Both the position numbers and the translations under genes were made by a program. The notes under the pieces are model-generated. The model searched no databases and was not told where the DNA came from. It worked only from the letters and a program-made list of their open reading frames with translations. A stretch of DNA of 64,000 bases from Chloroflexota bacterium (lineage in GTDB: Bacteria; Chloroflexota; Dormibacteria; Aeolococcales; Aeolococcaceae): the NCBI GenBank assembly GCA_005880985.1, contig VBIQ01000008.1, positions 64,003 through 128,002 on the forward strand, read 5' to 3'. Below, piece by piece: positions 10,318 to 19,122 of the stretch; position 1 is the first letter of the stretch; each line of letters opens with the position of its first letter.

Positions 10318-11250
10318 GTGCGGTGGGTGACCTTCCGGCGGGCGGATCACGTCGAGGACCGGGTCGGTCTGGTGGTCGGCGATCGCGTTCACGCGCTGCC
10401 TCCGCGCACCGCGCTGATCGACCTGCTCGGTGACGACGGCGAGCGCCTGTCACGCGCCGGCGAGCGCGCCGAGCATGAACCCGACCTGGTTCTGGTGCTG
10501 AGCGAGGTGCGACTGCGGCCGCCGATCACCAGACCGCCGTCGGTCCGCGACTTCTACGCCTTCGAGCAGCACGTGCGGACGGCTCGTCAGAGCCGCGGGT
10601 TGGAGATGGACCCTGACTGGTATGAGCTGCCGGTCTTCTACTTCACCAATCCGCATGCGATCTCGGCGGACGGTGATGACGTTGCCGTCCCGCCGGGTTG
10701 CGGCGAGCTCGACTACGAGCTGGAGGTCGCCGCGATCGTGGGACGCGGGGGCACCGACCTGGATCCTGATGAGGCAGAGCGTGCCATCGCCGGGTACTGC
10801 GTGATGAACGACTGGAGCGCGCGCGACCTGCAGCGACGCGAGATGAAGCTCAACCTGGGTCCCGCCAAGGGCAAGGACTTCGCTACCGGGCTGGGACCGT
10901 GGTTGGCGACGCCGGACGAGCTCGAGCCGGTGCGTTCCGGCGAGGCCTTCGATCTGGCGATGACCGCGTCGGTCAACGGCCGCGAGTACTCACGTGCGTC
11001 GCTGGCGGACGTGTACTGGAGTTTCGGTGAGATGATCGCCTATGCCTCACGAGGCACCCGCGTCGAGCCCGGGGATGTGATCGGGTCGGGGACGTGCGGC
11101 ACCGGCTGCATCCTCGAGCTGTCGCTGGTTCATGGCGGTGACGCGTACCCATGGCTGCAGCCCGGCGACCTGGTCGAGCTCTCGGTCGACCGCTTGGGAG
11201 CGCTGCGCAACCGGGTCGTGCCGGGGCCGCCGCTGCGCTCGCTGCGATGA
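10318..11250 (+). CDS. Fumarylacetoacetate hydrolase (FAH) family protein
   Basis: FAH-fold C-terminal domain signature (FYFTNPHAI...DYELEVAAIVG...GDVIGSGTCGTG...GDLVELSVDRLGAL). Confidence 0.85.
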   Translation: MRWVTFRRADHVEDRVGLVVGDRVHALPPRTALIDLLGDDGERLSRAGERAEHEPDLVLVLSEVRLRPPITRPPSVRDFYAFEQHVRTARQSRGLEMDPDWYELPVFYFTNPHAISADGDDVAVPPGCGELDYELEVAAIVGRGGTDLDPDEAERAIAGYCVMNDWSARDLQRREMKLNLGPAKGKDFATGLGPWLATPDELEPVRSGEAFDLAMTASVNGREYSRASLADVYWSFGEMIAYASRGTRVEPGDVIGSGTCGTGCILELSLVHGGDAYPWLQPGDLVELSVDRLGALRNRVVPGPPLRSLR

Positions 11251-11738
11251 CCGCCGGCGCGGCCGCGGATCTGCTGATGCGCCTCGACGCGGTGGAGGCT
11301 CGCCTGGCATCGCTCGCGGTCGAGTCGGTTGGCGGGCTGACCGACGCCGACCCCGCAACCGGTGAGCGCTGGGATGCGGGACAGGTGTGGGCGCATCTGG
11401 CGGAGTTTCCCGGCTACTGGCTGGGGCAGGCCCGTCTGGTGGTGGAGAGATGGCGGGACGAGCCGGTTCCCTTCGGCCGGGTCAAGACCGATCCCGAGCG
11501 GCTGGCCGCCATCGAGAACGAGCGGATGGCGGCTCCTTCGCTCCTGTTGGATCGCGTGCATGCGCAGCTCGACGCGCTGCGGAGCTGGCTGCGCGAACTG
11601 CCCGGGGACGCCTGGGACGCGGTGGGGTTGCACGTCAGGCTCGGTGAGATGGGGCTGGCCCGCACCCTGGACGAGTTCGTGGTCGGCCACCTCGAGGAGC
11701 ACGCCGCCCAGCTCGAAGGGATGGCGGGACGCGGCTGA
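11247..11738 (+). CDS. DinB_2 / mycothiol-dependent maleylpyruvate isomerase N-terminal-like domain protein
   Basis: About 160-aa helical protein with DinB/MDMPI-like features (WDAGQVWAHLAEF...VVGHLEEHAAQLE); ATG overlaps the FAH stop (ATGA). Confidence 0.55.
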   Translation: MTAGAAADLLMRLDAVEARLASLAVESVGGLTDADPATGERWDAGQVWAHLAEFPGYWLGQARLVVERWRDEPVPFGRVKTDPERLAAIENERMAAPSLLLDRVHAQLDALRSWLRELPGDAWDAVGLHVRLGEMGLARTLDEFVVGHLEEHAAQLEGMAGRG

Positions 11739-11749
11739 GCGGCACTCCA

Positions 11750-11926
11750 TCACGACTCCAGGCGTTCGCGGAGCTCGGCGCTCAGGCAGGCGGGACACGC
11801 GGGAGCGCCGCCACCGCGGATCGAGCACTCCGCGCTCAGATGACCGTCGTACAGCCGGGCGGGGCTCGGGCGGGTCTCGGTGTGGTGGGGGCGCACCCGG
11901 GCGGGATTGCCGGCCCCCTCGGGCAT
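11750..11926 (-). CDS. Small hypothetical Cys-containing protein (58 aa) downstream of pgl
   Basis: High GC3 codon bias; C-x10-C-x2-C (ECSIRGGGAPACPAC); no recognisable family. Confidence 0.25.
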   Translation of the reverse strand: MPEGAGNPARVRPHHTETRPSPARLYDGHLSAECSIRGGGAPACPACLSAELRERLES

Positions 11927-11958
11927 GAACGGCTGGCGGGCGGGGTCGGGGCGAGGAC

Positions 11959-12690
11959 TCACGCCGCGATGCTGCGTGCCGCCGCCTCGTCGAGGAACCA
12001 GATCAGCTCGCCCTCGCGCGGCGCCACGCCGGCCGCGGGCACGCTGCCGTCCAGCACTCCCCGCAGCGCGTCCGCCTTGTTGGCGCCAGCCACCAGGAAG
12101 GCCACCGCCGCGGCGGCGTTGATCGTCGCGTACGTCAGGGTGATGCGGTCGTACGGCGCGTAGTCGGCACGACCCCGGGTGGCCCAGGTGTCCTGGACCC
12201 GGAGCGCGGGCTGTCCGGGAAAGAGCGAGGCGGTGTGTCCGTTCTCGCCCAGACCGAGCAGGATGCAGTCGAGCCGCGGCGCCCCGCACGGGCCTCGCGG
12301 CAGGGTGCGGACCAGCAGCTCTGCGTAGCGGGCGGCGGCGGCGGCGGGATCGGGCGCCTCGCCCTCCATCCGGTAGATGTGGTCGCGATCGACGGGAACC
12401 TGGCGGAGCAGGGTCTCGTCGATCAGGCGGTAATTGCTGGCGGGATCATCGGGCGGGCAGGCCCGCTCATCGGCGAAGTAGATGCGCCAGCGCTGCCAGT
12501 CGGCGCGAGTGCGCCATGGCTCTCCAGCCAGCAGCTGATACAGGGGGCGCGGGGTGCTCCCGCCGGAGACGGCGAGGGTGAAGCGGCCGTGATCGCCGAT
12601 GGCGGCAGCGGCCCGGTCCATCAACCACGCCGCCACCGTTTCCGCCAGGTTGGCCGCGATCCGCACCTGGCCGGGAAGCGACTCAGGCAT
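11959..12690 (-). CDS. pgl: 6-phosphogluconolactonase
   Basis: Pgl/DevB signature (FTLAVSGGSTP...ILLGLGENGHTASLFPG); overlaps the opcA stop. Confidence 0.85.
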   Translation of the reverse strand: MPESLPGQVRIAANLAETVAAWLMDRAAAAIGDHGRFTLAVSGGSTPRPLYQLLAGEPWRTRADWQRWRIYFADERACPPDDPASNYRLIDETLLRQVPVDRDHIYRMEGEAPDPAAAAARYAELLVRTLPRGPCGAPRLDCILLGLGENGHTASLFPGQPALRVQDTWATRGRADYAPYDRITLTYATINAAAAVAFLVAGANKADALRGVLDGSVPAAGVAPREGELIWFLDEAAARSIAA

Positions 12691-13744
12691 TGTCGGCCAG
12701 CGCTGCAGCCCGCAGCGCGGCGAGGTGGATGGGATCGACATCGGTCTCCTGCAGGATGCTGCCGACCAGTTCGGCGGTGCTTGGATCTGTCGCGGGAAGG
12801 CTGCGGACCAGGCGGGGACCGCGTTCGACCTCCAGGGAACAGGTGATGACCCCCTGCTCGCGGGCCAGCCTCACCCGCGCCGCGCCTCCTCCCGCGTGTC
12901 CTTCCAGCTCGACGGCGGCGAGCCGCGGCGCCGCGTCCGAGCCGCTGATGGTGGCCATCTCCACTTTTGGCGAGAACGACTCCCCGGCGGTCGGGGGGAC
13001 CCGGGATGCGATCCAGCCGGCGATCAGCCACCCGTCGCTGCAGGGACGGTCCCCGGCGGTGGTCACGGCGAGACTTTGCAGTCCCCGCAGGTAGCGCGGC
13101 ATGTCCGGTCCGTCGAAGGCCTGCGCCAGCAACTCGCGCCAGCGCCGCCCGCGGACCCAGGCGAGGTCGGCCAGCCGCAGCCGTGGCTGAACGGATGCGT
13201 GGGTGGCAAGCAGCATCAGCGTTCTCGCGCTGTCGGCGTAGCCGTTGCTGTCGAGGATGACCCGCTCGCAGGCGCCGGCGACGTCGTCGCTCAGCGCCTG
13301 GTCGAGCGGCGGCGCTCCCACCACCCAGAGGTAGACGGGGACGTCGGGCAGCAGCAGCGGCGCGACCACGCTGAGCAGGTGGCGGGCCGGTTCGCCGGCG
13401 ACGCGCAGCTGAACCTGTTCGGCGCAGACCTGGCCGCCGCCGCGGACCGAGCATTGGAGGGAGAGGTCGGCGGTGATCGACGCCTCCGCCGCCGCGGGGT
13501 CGGCGAGGATGATGATGATCCGCGCCGGACTGGTCTCGGCGATGCGCGACGCCACCACCTCGGCGGTCTCCGTGCCCGCCTCGTCGGTACAGGCAGCGAC
13601 CAGGGTCAGACAGCTGAGGCGCACCGGGGTGCTGCCCTCCTCGCCCGCCCTGAGCGTCTCCGCATGCAGCGCGATGAGCTCGTGGGCGACCGCGTTCAGC
13701 CCGCTGGCGTGGGCGGTACGGATCAGGGTCGGCGACTGGCTCAC
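12683..13744 (-). CDS. opcA: Glucose-6-phosphate dehydrogenase assembly protein OpcA
   Basis: About 350-aa product immediately downstream of zwf with OpcA-like sequence; conserved actinobacterial zwf-opcA-pgl order. Confidence 0.8.
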   Translation of the reverse strand: MSQSPTLIRTAHASGLNAVAHELIALHAETLRAGEEGSTPVRLSCLTLVAACTDEAGTETAEVVASRIAETSPARIIIILADPAAAEASITADLSLQCSVRGGGQVCAEQVQLRVAGEPARHLLSVVAPLLLPDVPVYLWVVGAPPLDQALSDDVAGACERVILDSNGYADSARTLMLLATHASVQPRLRLADLAWVRGRRWRELLAQAFDGPDMPRYLRGLQSLAVTTAGDRPCSDGWLIAGWIASRVPPTAGESFSPKVEMATISGSDAAPRLAAVELEGHAGGGAARVRLAREQGVITCSLEVERGPRLVRSLPATDPSTAELVGSILQETDVDPIHLAALRAAALADNA

Positions 13745-13754
13745 CGGCGGAGGA

Positions 13755-15356
13755 CTACAGGCGGCGCCAGGCGCGGCCGTCGCCGGCGATGAAGTCGTGC
13801 GCCTCGCGCGGTCCCCAGGTTCCCGCTTCGTAGTTGGGGAACTGAGCCGGATCGGGAGGGTGGGTGCGCCAGGCGTCGAGGATGGCGGTGCAGACCCGCC
13901 AGGCCTCCTCCACCTCGTCTTCGCGGGCGAACAGGGTGGCGTCGCCGAGCATGCAGTCGAGCAGCAACCGCTCGTACGCGTCCGGCGAGGCGCCGAGGAA
14001 GGAGCTGCCGTAGAGGAAGTCCATCGAGACGCTGCGGATGCGCATCGTCTGGCCGGGCACCTTGGCGGCGAAGCGGAGGGTGATGCCCTCGTCGGGCTGG
14101 ATGCGGAGGATCAGCCAGTTGGGTTCGATCGTCCCGCCGACCACGGACGAGCGCGGGCTGTCGAACGGGCTGTGGGGGACGCGCCGGAACTGGACGGCGA
14201 TCTCGGTGGCGCGCCGCGGGAGCCGTTTGCCGGTGCGCAGGTAGAAGGGCGTCGTCGCCCATCGCCAGTTGTCGACATCGAGCTTGAGGGCGACGAAGGT
14301 CTCGCGCAGCGACTGCTCGGGAACACCCTCCTCCTCGCGGTATCCGGGGACGCGCTCGCCGTCGATCCAGCCGGGGCCGTACTCGCCTCGGACGGTGCGC
14401 GCGAGCGCGTCCTCCGGGGCAATGGGACGGATGGCGCGCAGCAGCTTGACCTTCTCGTCGCGCACCGTCTCGGCGGCGAAGTCGGCCGGCGCCTCCATAC
14501 CGACGAGCGCGACCAGCTGCATGATGTGGTTCTGCACGATGTCGCGCAGCGCCCCCGACTCCTCGTAGTAGTTGCCGCGCCCTTCGACACCGAGCGACTC
14601 CGCCACCGTGATCTGGACGTGATCGATGTACTGGCGGTTCCAGATCGGCTCGAAGATGCCGTTGGCGAAGCGGAACACCATCAGGTTCTGGACTGTCTCC
14701 TTGCCCAGGTAGTGGTCGATGCGGTAGATCTGGTCCTCGTTGAAGCTGCGGTGGAGCTCCTCGGTGAGGGTGCGAGCGGTGGCGAGGTCGCGGCCGAACG
14801 GCTTCTCGACCACCAGGTGGACATAGGCGCCGGGGCTGTCCGCGGCACGGTTGAGGCCCTCCTCGCCGAGCCGGGTGGCGACCCGGCCGATGCCGCTCGG
14901 GGGGATGCTGAGATAGAAGAGTCGGTTGCCGCCGGTGCCGCGGTCGCGATCGCACTCGGCCAGCACCTGTTTCAGCGCCTCGAAACCGCCCTCGGCTTGG
15001 AAGTCGACGACGGCGTAGCGCAGGCCCTGGGCGAAGCCGCTCCAGACATCGTCGCGGAGCTCGACGCGGCCGTACTTCTCCACCCCCTCCCGCATCGCGG
15101 CGCGGAACGCGTCGTCCGACATCTCGGTGCGGCCGGCGCCGACCACACTGGTGCTCGAGGGGAGCAGGCCGTCGGAGGCCAGGGCGTAGAGAGCGGGGAC
15201 GAGCTTGCGCTGAGTGAGGTCGCCGCTGGCGCCGAAGATCACGACCGCACAGGGCAGCGGGGTGCGCTGCTGCCGAACCCCCTCGCGAAGCGGGTTGACC
15301 TCCTGCTCTGGTGGCGCCTGCGTCTGCACCGGTGCCGACGCTCCGTCGGGAGCCAC
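13755..15356 (-). CDS. zwf: Glucose-6-phosphate 1-dehydrogenase
   Basis: Rossmann GASGDLT motif, RIDHYLGKE active-site motif, full-length 533 aa. Confidence 0.95.
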   Translation of the reverse strand: MAPDGASAPVQTQAPPEQEVNPLREGVRQQRTPLPCAVVIFGASGDLTQRKLVPALYALASDGLLPSSTSVVGAGRTEMSDDAFRAAMREGVEKYGRVELRDDVWSGFAQGLRYAVVDFQAEGGFEALKQVLAECDRDRGTGGNRLFYLSIPPSGIGRVATRLGEEGLNRAADSPGAYVHLVVEKPFGRDLATARTLTEELHRSFNEDQIYRIDHYLGKETVQNLMVFRFANGIFEPIWNRQYIDHVQITVAESLGVEGRGNYYEESGALRDIVQNHIMQLVALVGMEAPADFAAETVRDEKVKLLRAIRPIAPEDALARTVRGEYGPGWIDGERVPGYREEEGVPEQSLRETFVALKLDVDNWRWATTPFYLRTGKRLPRRATEIAVQFRRVPHSPFDSPRSSVVGGTIEPNWLILRIQPDEGITLRFAAKVPGQTMRIRSVSMDFLYGSSFLGASPDAYERLLLDCMLGDATLFAREDEVEEAWRVCTAILDAWRTHPPDPAQFPNYEAGTWGPREAHDFIAGDGRAWRRL

Positions 15357-15357
15357 C

Positions 15358-16266
15358 CTACGGGGCCTCTGCCTTCACCGCGTGGCCGCCGAACTCGTTG
15401 CGCAGCGCCGCGATCACCTTGTTGGCGAAGCTGTCATCGCGGCGCGAGTCGAACCTGGTGAAGAGACTCAGGGCGATGGTCGGGGCGGGGATGCGCAGGT
15501 CGATCGCCTCCTGCACCGTCCAGCGGCCCTCGCCGGAGTCGTCGACCCAGCCGCGCAGCCTGTCCAATCCCGGATCGCGCTGAAAGGCCGCCTCGGCGAG
15601 CTCCAGCAGCCAGGAGCGCACCACGCTTCCCTGGTTCCAGAGGTGGGCGATGCCGTGCAGGTCGAGCTCGAACTCCGACTTGGCGTGCAGGATGTCGAAG
15701 CCTTCCGCATACGCCTGGAGCATGGCGTACTCGATCCCGTTATGGACCATCTTGACGAAATGTCCCGCGCCGGTGGGACCGACATGGAGGAAGCCGTCGG
15801 GAGGCGCCAGGGTGTCGAACACCGGCCGCAGGTGGTCGATGGCGGTCTGGTCGCCGCCGGCCATGATGCAATAGCCGACCTCCAGGCCCCAGATGCCTCC
15901 GCTGGTGCCGGCGTCGACCAGGTGCACGCCCCTGGCCCGGCAGCGTTCGGCGTCGGCCATGGTGTCGCGGTAGTTGCTGTTGCCGCCGTCGACGATGATG
16001 TCACCGCCGCCGAGCAGCTCCAGCAGCCGGCTGATGGTGTCCTCGGTGACCTTGCCGGCGGGGACCATCAGCCACACGGCGCGGGGCCGGTCGAGCCTCC
16101 CGACCAGCTCGTCGAGGGAGGAGACGGCAACCGCGCCGAACTGCTCGACCGCGTTCCGGGCCTGCGGGTCAGGGTCGAAGGCGACCACCGCGGTGTCGCT
16201 GTCGCGGCGCAACCGGTGGACCATGTTGCCGCCCATCCGGCCCAGCCCGACGAATCCCAGCTGCAT
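15358..16266 (-). CDS. gnd: 6-phosphogluconate dehydrogenase, decarboxylating, short (about 300 aa) form
   Basis: N-terminal GxGxMG Rossmann motif (LGFVGLGRMGGNM), 6PGDH central motifs; TGATG overlap with the upstream tal-pgi stop. Confidence 0.9.
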   Translation of the reverse strand: MQLGFVGLGRMGGNMVHRLRRDSDTAVVAFDPDPQARNAVEQFGAVAVSSLDELVGRLDRPRAVWLMVPAGKVTEDTISRLLELLGGGDIIVDGGNSNYRDTMADAERCRARGVHLVDAGTSGGIWGLEVGYCIMAGGDQTAIDHLRPVFDTLAPPDGFLHVGPTGAGHFVKMVHNGIEYAMLQAYAEGFDILHAKSEFELDLHGIAHLWNQGSVVRSWLLELAEAAFQRDPGLDRLRGWVDDSGEGRWTVQEAIDLRIPAPTIALSLFTRFDSRRDDSFANKVIAALRNEFGGHAVKAEAP

Positions 16267-19106
16267 CAGCGTACCGCCCCCGCTGCGGTGGTCAGCGCCG
16301 CGGTGAGGCGCTGCAGGCCCGAGCGGAGGTCACCGGCGATGTGGATGCGGATGGCGCGGCGCCCGTGCTGGTGGAGCGATTCGAGGTCGCCCTGGGCCTG
16401 CGCCCTTTTCAGTACCGAGAAGGTGTACCGCTTGCCGGGGACCTCCACGTCGGTGGTGTCGTCGGTGGTGATCTGGATGAAGACCCCCTTGTCCGGGCCT
16501 CCCTTGTGGAGCTGGCCGGTGCTGTGCAGGAAGCGCGGTCCGAATCCCAGCGTGGTCGCCACCCGGCGGCCGTCGCGGATGGCGACTCGCAGCTGCTGCA
16601 GGGCCGCCTCATTCTCCTCGCTCGGGGTGACGTAGGCCATCAGCGCGACGTAGTCGCCACGCTGCGCGCTCTCAACGAAGCGGCGAAGGGCGGCGCCGGC
16701 GTCACGCTCCTTCTCGCCACCGAAGACGGCGATGTCGCCGTCGCTGACCGCCGGCTCGCCGGCATCGGGCAGCGCGCCGCTGCTTGCGAAGGCGTCGAGC
16801 AGCCGCTTGGTGTTGTCCTTCGACTCCTGCACGTTGGGCTCGTCGAAGGGGTCGATGTGCAGGGACGCGCCAGCCACCGCGGTGGCGAACTCCCAGCGGA
16901 AGAATTCGCCACCCAGGTCGTAGAGGTCGGCGAGGTCGAGGGTGACCATCGGCTGGCCCGCGGTCCGCAGCGCGCCCACCCCGCGGTCGAACGACGGGTC
17001 ATCGCCCAGGCGCAGGGCGACGAAGAGGCGGTCGTCGCCGTAGACGTCGGGGCGGCCGACCGGCTCGCCGCCGATGGGGATGATCCCCTTGCCCTCCTTG
17101 CCGGTGCTCTCGGCGATGAGCTGTTCCGCCCAGAGGCTGAACGCGGCGATGCGGGGCGGCGCCAGGATGGTGACCTTGTCGCGGCCCACACCGCTCAGCA
17201 GCCCCATGGTGGTGCCCAGCTCGAGGCCGGGATTGAGCTGGGCCGGAGCCTCGGCGCCGCACTGGGCCGCCATGGTGGCGGCTCGGTCGAGCAGCGCCTC
17301 GATGTCGATGCCGGCAACCGCTGCGGGTACCAGCCCGAAGAACGACAGTGCGGAATAGCGGCCGCCGATATCGGGAGGATTCTCGAAGAGGTGTCGGAAC
17401 CCGCGCTCTCCGGCGGTCTTCCCCAGTGACGTCCCGGGATCGGTGATCGCTGCGAAGGCTCGTCCGGTGTCGGGGATGCCGGCGGCGCGGACCACCCGCC
17501 AGAAGTGCTCCAGGTGGGAGAGCGTCTCCACCGTGCCGCCCGATTTGCTGGCGACGATGAAGAGGACGCGGTGCGGGTCGATGCCCCGGGTGACGGCCAC
17601 GATGGCGGCGGGATCGGTGGTGTCGAGGACGTGGAGGGTCGGGTAGCCGGCGGCGCTGCCGAAGGAGGTGCGCAGCACCTCGGGACACAGGCTGCTGCCG
17701 CCCATGCCGAGCAGTACCGCGTCGCGGACGCCCTCGTCTCGCAGCGCCGCGGCAAAGCCGAGCAGCTCGGGCACACGGCCCTTCATGGTGTCGATCACCT
17801 CGAGCCAGCCGAGACGGTTCTCGATGATCGCCTTGTGGGCGGCATCGCCTGGCTTCCAGAGATCGGCGTCCCGCTGCCAGATTCGCGTCGCCACCTCGCC
17901 GGCGGTACCCTCCCTGAGCTCCGACTCGACCACCGACGCCTGGGCGCCCAGCTCCAGACGGGTGCGCCCCGACAGCCCGCCGCGCAGCTTCTCGACCTCG
18001 CGCGCGATCGCGGCGATCAGCTGGTCGTACGAGTCGGCGAACGACTTGACTCCGGCGTCGAGGAGATCCTGAGTCACCTCGTCCATGTCGATGCCGACCG
18101 CCGCCAGGCGCTCGAAGGTTCGGTGAGCTCCGGGATAGTCGCTGGACGCGGTGTCGCCGTCGACGATGCCGTGGTCGCGGAAGGCCTCGATGGTCGCCGG
18201 TGGCATGGTGTCGATGGTGTCGGGGCCGACCAGCGCCTCGGCGTAGACGACGGCCCGGTACTTGGGGTTCTTGGCGCTGGTGCTGGCCCAGAGGGTGCGC
18301 TGCGGCCTGGCTCCCACCTCGCGAAGCTGCTCGAATCGATCGCCTTTGAAAACCTGCTCGAAGCTCTCGTAGGCAAGCCGCGCGTTGGCGATCGCGGCGG
18401 TACCCAGCAGTGACCTGAGCTCCTGGTTGTCGGGGTCCTTCTCGAGCTTCTCCTCGAGCAGCTTGTCCACGGCGGTGTCGACCCGGCTGACGAAGAAGGA
18501 GGCGACGGAGGCGATGTCGACAGACTGCCCGCGTTCGCGACGCTCCTCGAGTCCGCCGATGTACGCCTCGGCCACCGCCTGGTAGGCGGAGAGGGCGAAG
18601 ATCAGCGTCACGTTGATGTTGACGCCGGCGGCGACCAGACGGCGGATGGCCGGGATGCCCTCGGGAGTCGCCGGCACCTTGACCATCAGGTTGGGGCGCT
18701 CGACCTTGCTCCACAGGAACTTGGCCATGTCGATGGTGGCAGCGGTGTCGTGGGCGAGCGCCGGCGCGACTTCGATGCTGACGAAGCCGTCGGCTCCTCG
18801 GGTGCGGTCGTAGACGGGTCGCATGATGTCGGCGGCCTGCTGGATGTCGGTCACCGAGAGCTCGACAAAGAGGTCGTCGGGAGAGGCGATGCCGGCCTGG
18901 AGCAGGGCGGCAAGCTGCGCGTCGTAGTCGGTGCCCTCGGCGATCGCCTTCTGGAAGATGGTGGGATTGCTGGTGAGCCCGGTGACGTGCTCCGCGGCGA
19001 CCAGGCGCCGGAGCTCGCCGCTGGTGATGAGCTCGCGGCTGATGTAGTCGAGCCAGATGCTCTGCCCGTGCTCCACCAGCTTCTGCAGCGGGTTCTTGTC
19101 GGCCAT
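16266..19106 (-). CDS. tal: Bifunctional transaldolase / glucose-6-phosphate isomerase fusion
   Basis: N-terminal about 370 aa is transaldolase (Schiff-base Lys region NLMVKVPAT); C-terminal about 550 aa is PGI (sugar isomerase SIS motifs, GGRYSALS). Confidence 0.9.
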   Translation of the reverse strand: MADKNPLQKLVEHGQSIWLDYISRELITSGELRRLVAAEHVTGLTSNPTIFQKAIAEGTDYDAQLAALLQAGIASPDDLFVELSVTDIQQAADIMRPVYDRTRGADGFVSIEVAPALAHDTAATIDMAKFLWSKVERPNLMVKVPATPEGIPAIRRLVAAGVNINVTLIFALSAYQAVAEAYIGGLEERRERGQSVDIASVASFFVSRVDTAVDKLLEEKLEKDPDNQELRSLLGTAAIANARLAYESFEQVFKGDRFEQLREVGARPQRTLWASTSAKNPKYRAVVYAEALVGPDTIDTMPPATIEAFRDHGIVDGDTASSDYPGAHRTFERLAAVGIDMDEVTQDLLDAGVKSFADSYDQLIAAIAREVEKLRGGLSGRTRLELGAQASVVESELREGTAGEVATRIWQRDADLWKPGDAAHKAIIENRLGWLEVIDTMKGRVPELLGFAAALRDEGVRDAVLLGMGGSSLCPEVLRTSFGSAAGYPTLHVLDTTDPAAIVAVTRGIDPHRVLFIVASKSGGTVETLSHLEHFWRVVRAAGIPDTGRAFAAITDPGTSLGKTAGERGFRHLFENPPDIGGRYSALSFFGLVPAAVAGIDIEALLDRAATMAAQCGAEAPAQLNPGLELGTTMGLLSGVGRDKVTILAPPRIAAFSLWAEQLIAESTGKEGKGIIPIGGEPVGRPDVYGDDRLFVALRLGDDPSFDRGVGALRTAGQPMVTLDLADLYDLGGEFFRWEFATAVAGASLHIDPFDEPNVQESKDNTKRLLDAFASSGALPDAGEPAVSDGDIAVFGGEKERDAGAALRRFVESAQRGDYVALMAYVTPSEENEAALQQLRVAIRDGRRVATTLGFGPRFLHSTGQLHKGGPDKGVFIQITTDDTTDVEVPGKRYTFSVLKRAQAQGDLESLHQHGRRAIRIHIAGDLRSGLQRLTAALTTAAGAVR

Positions 19107-19122
19107 CGATTGCGTTCCTCCC

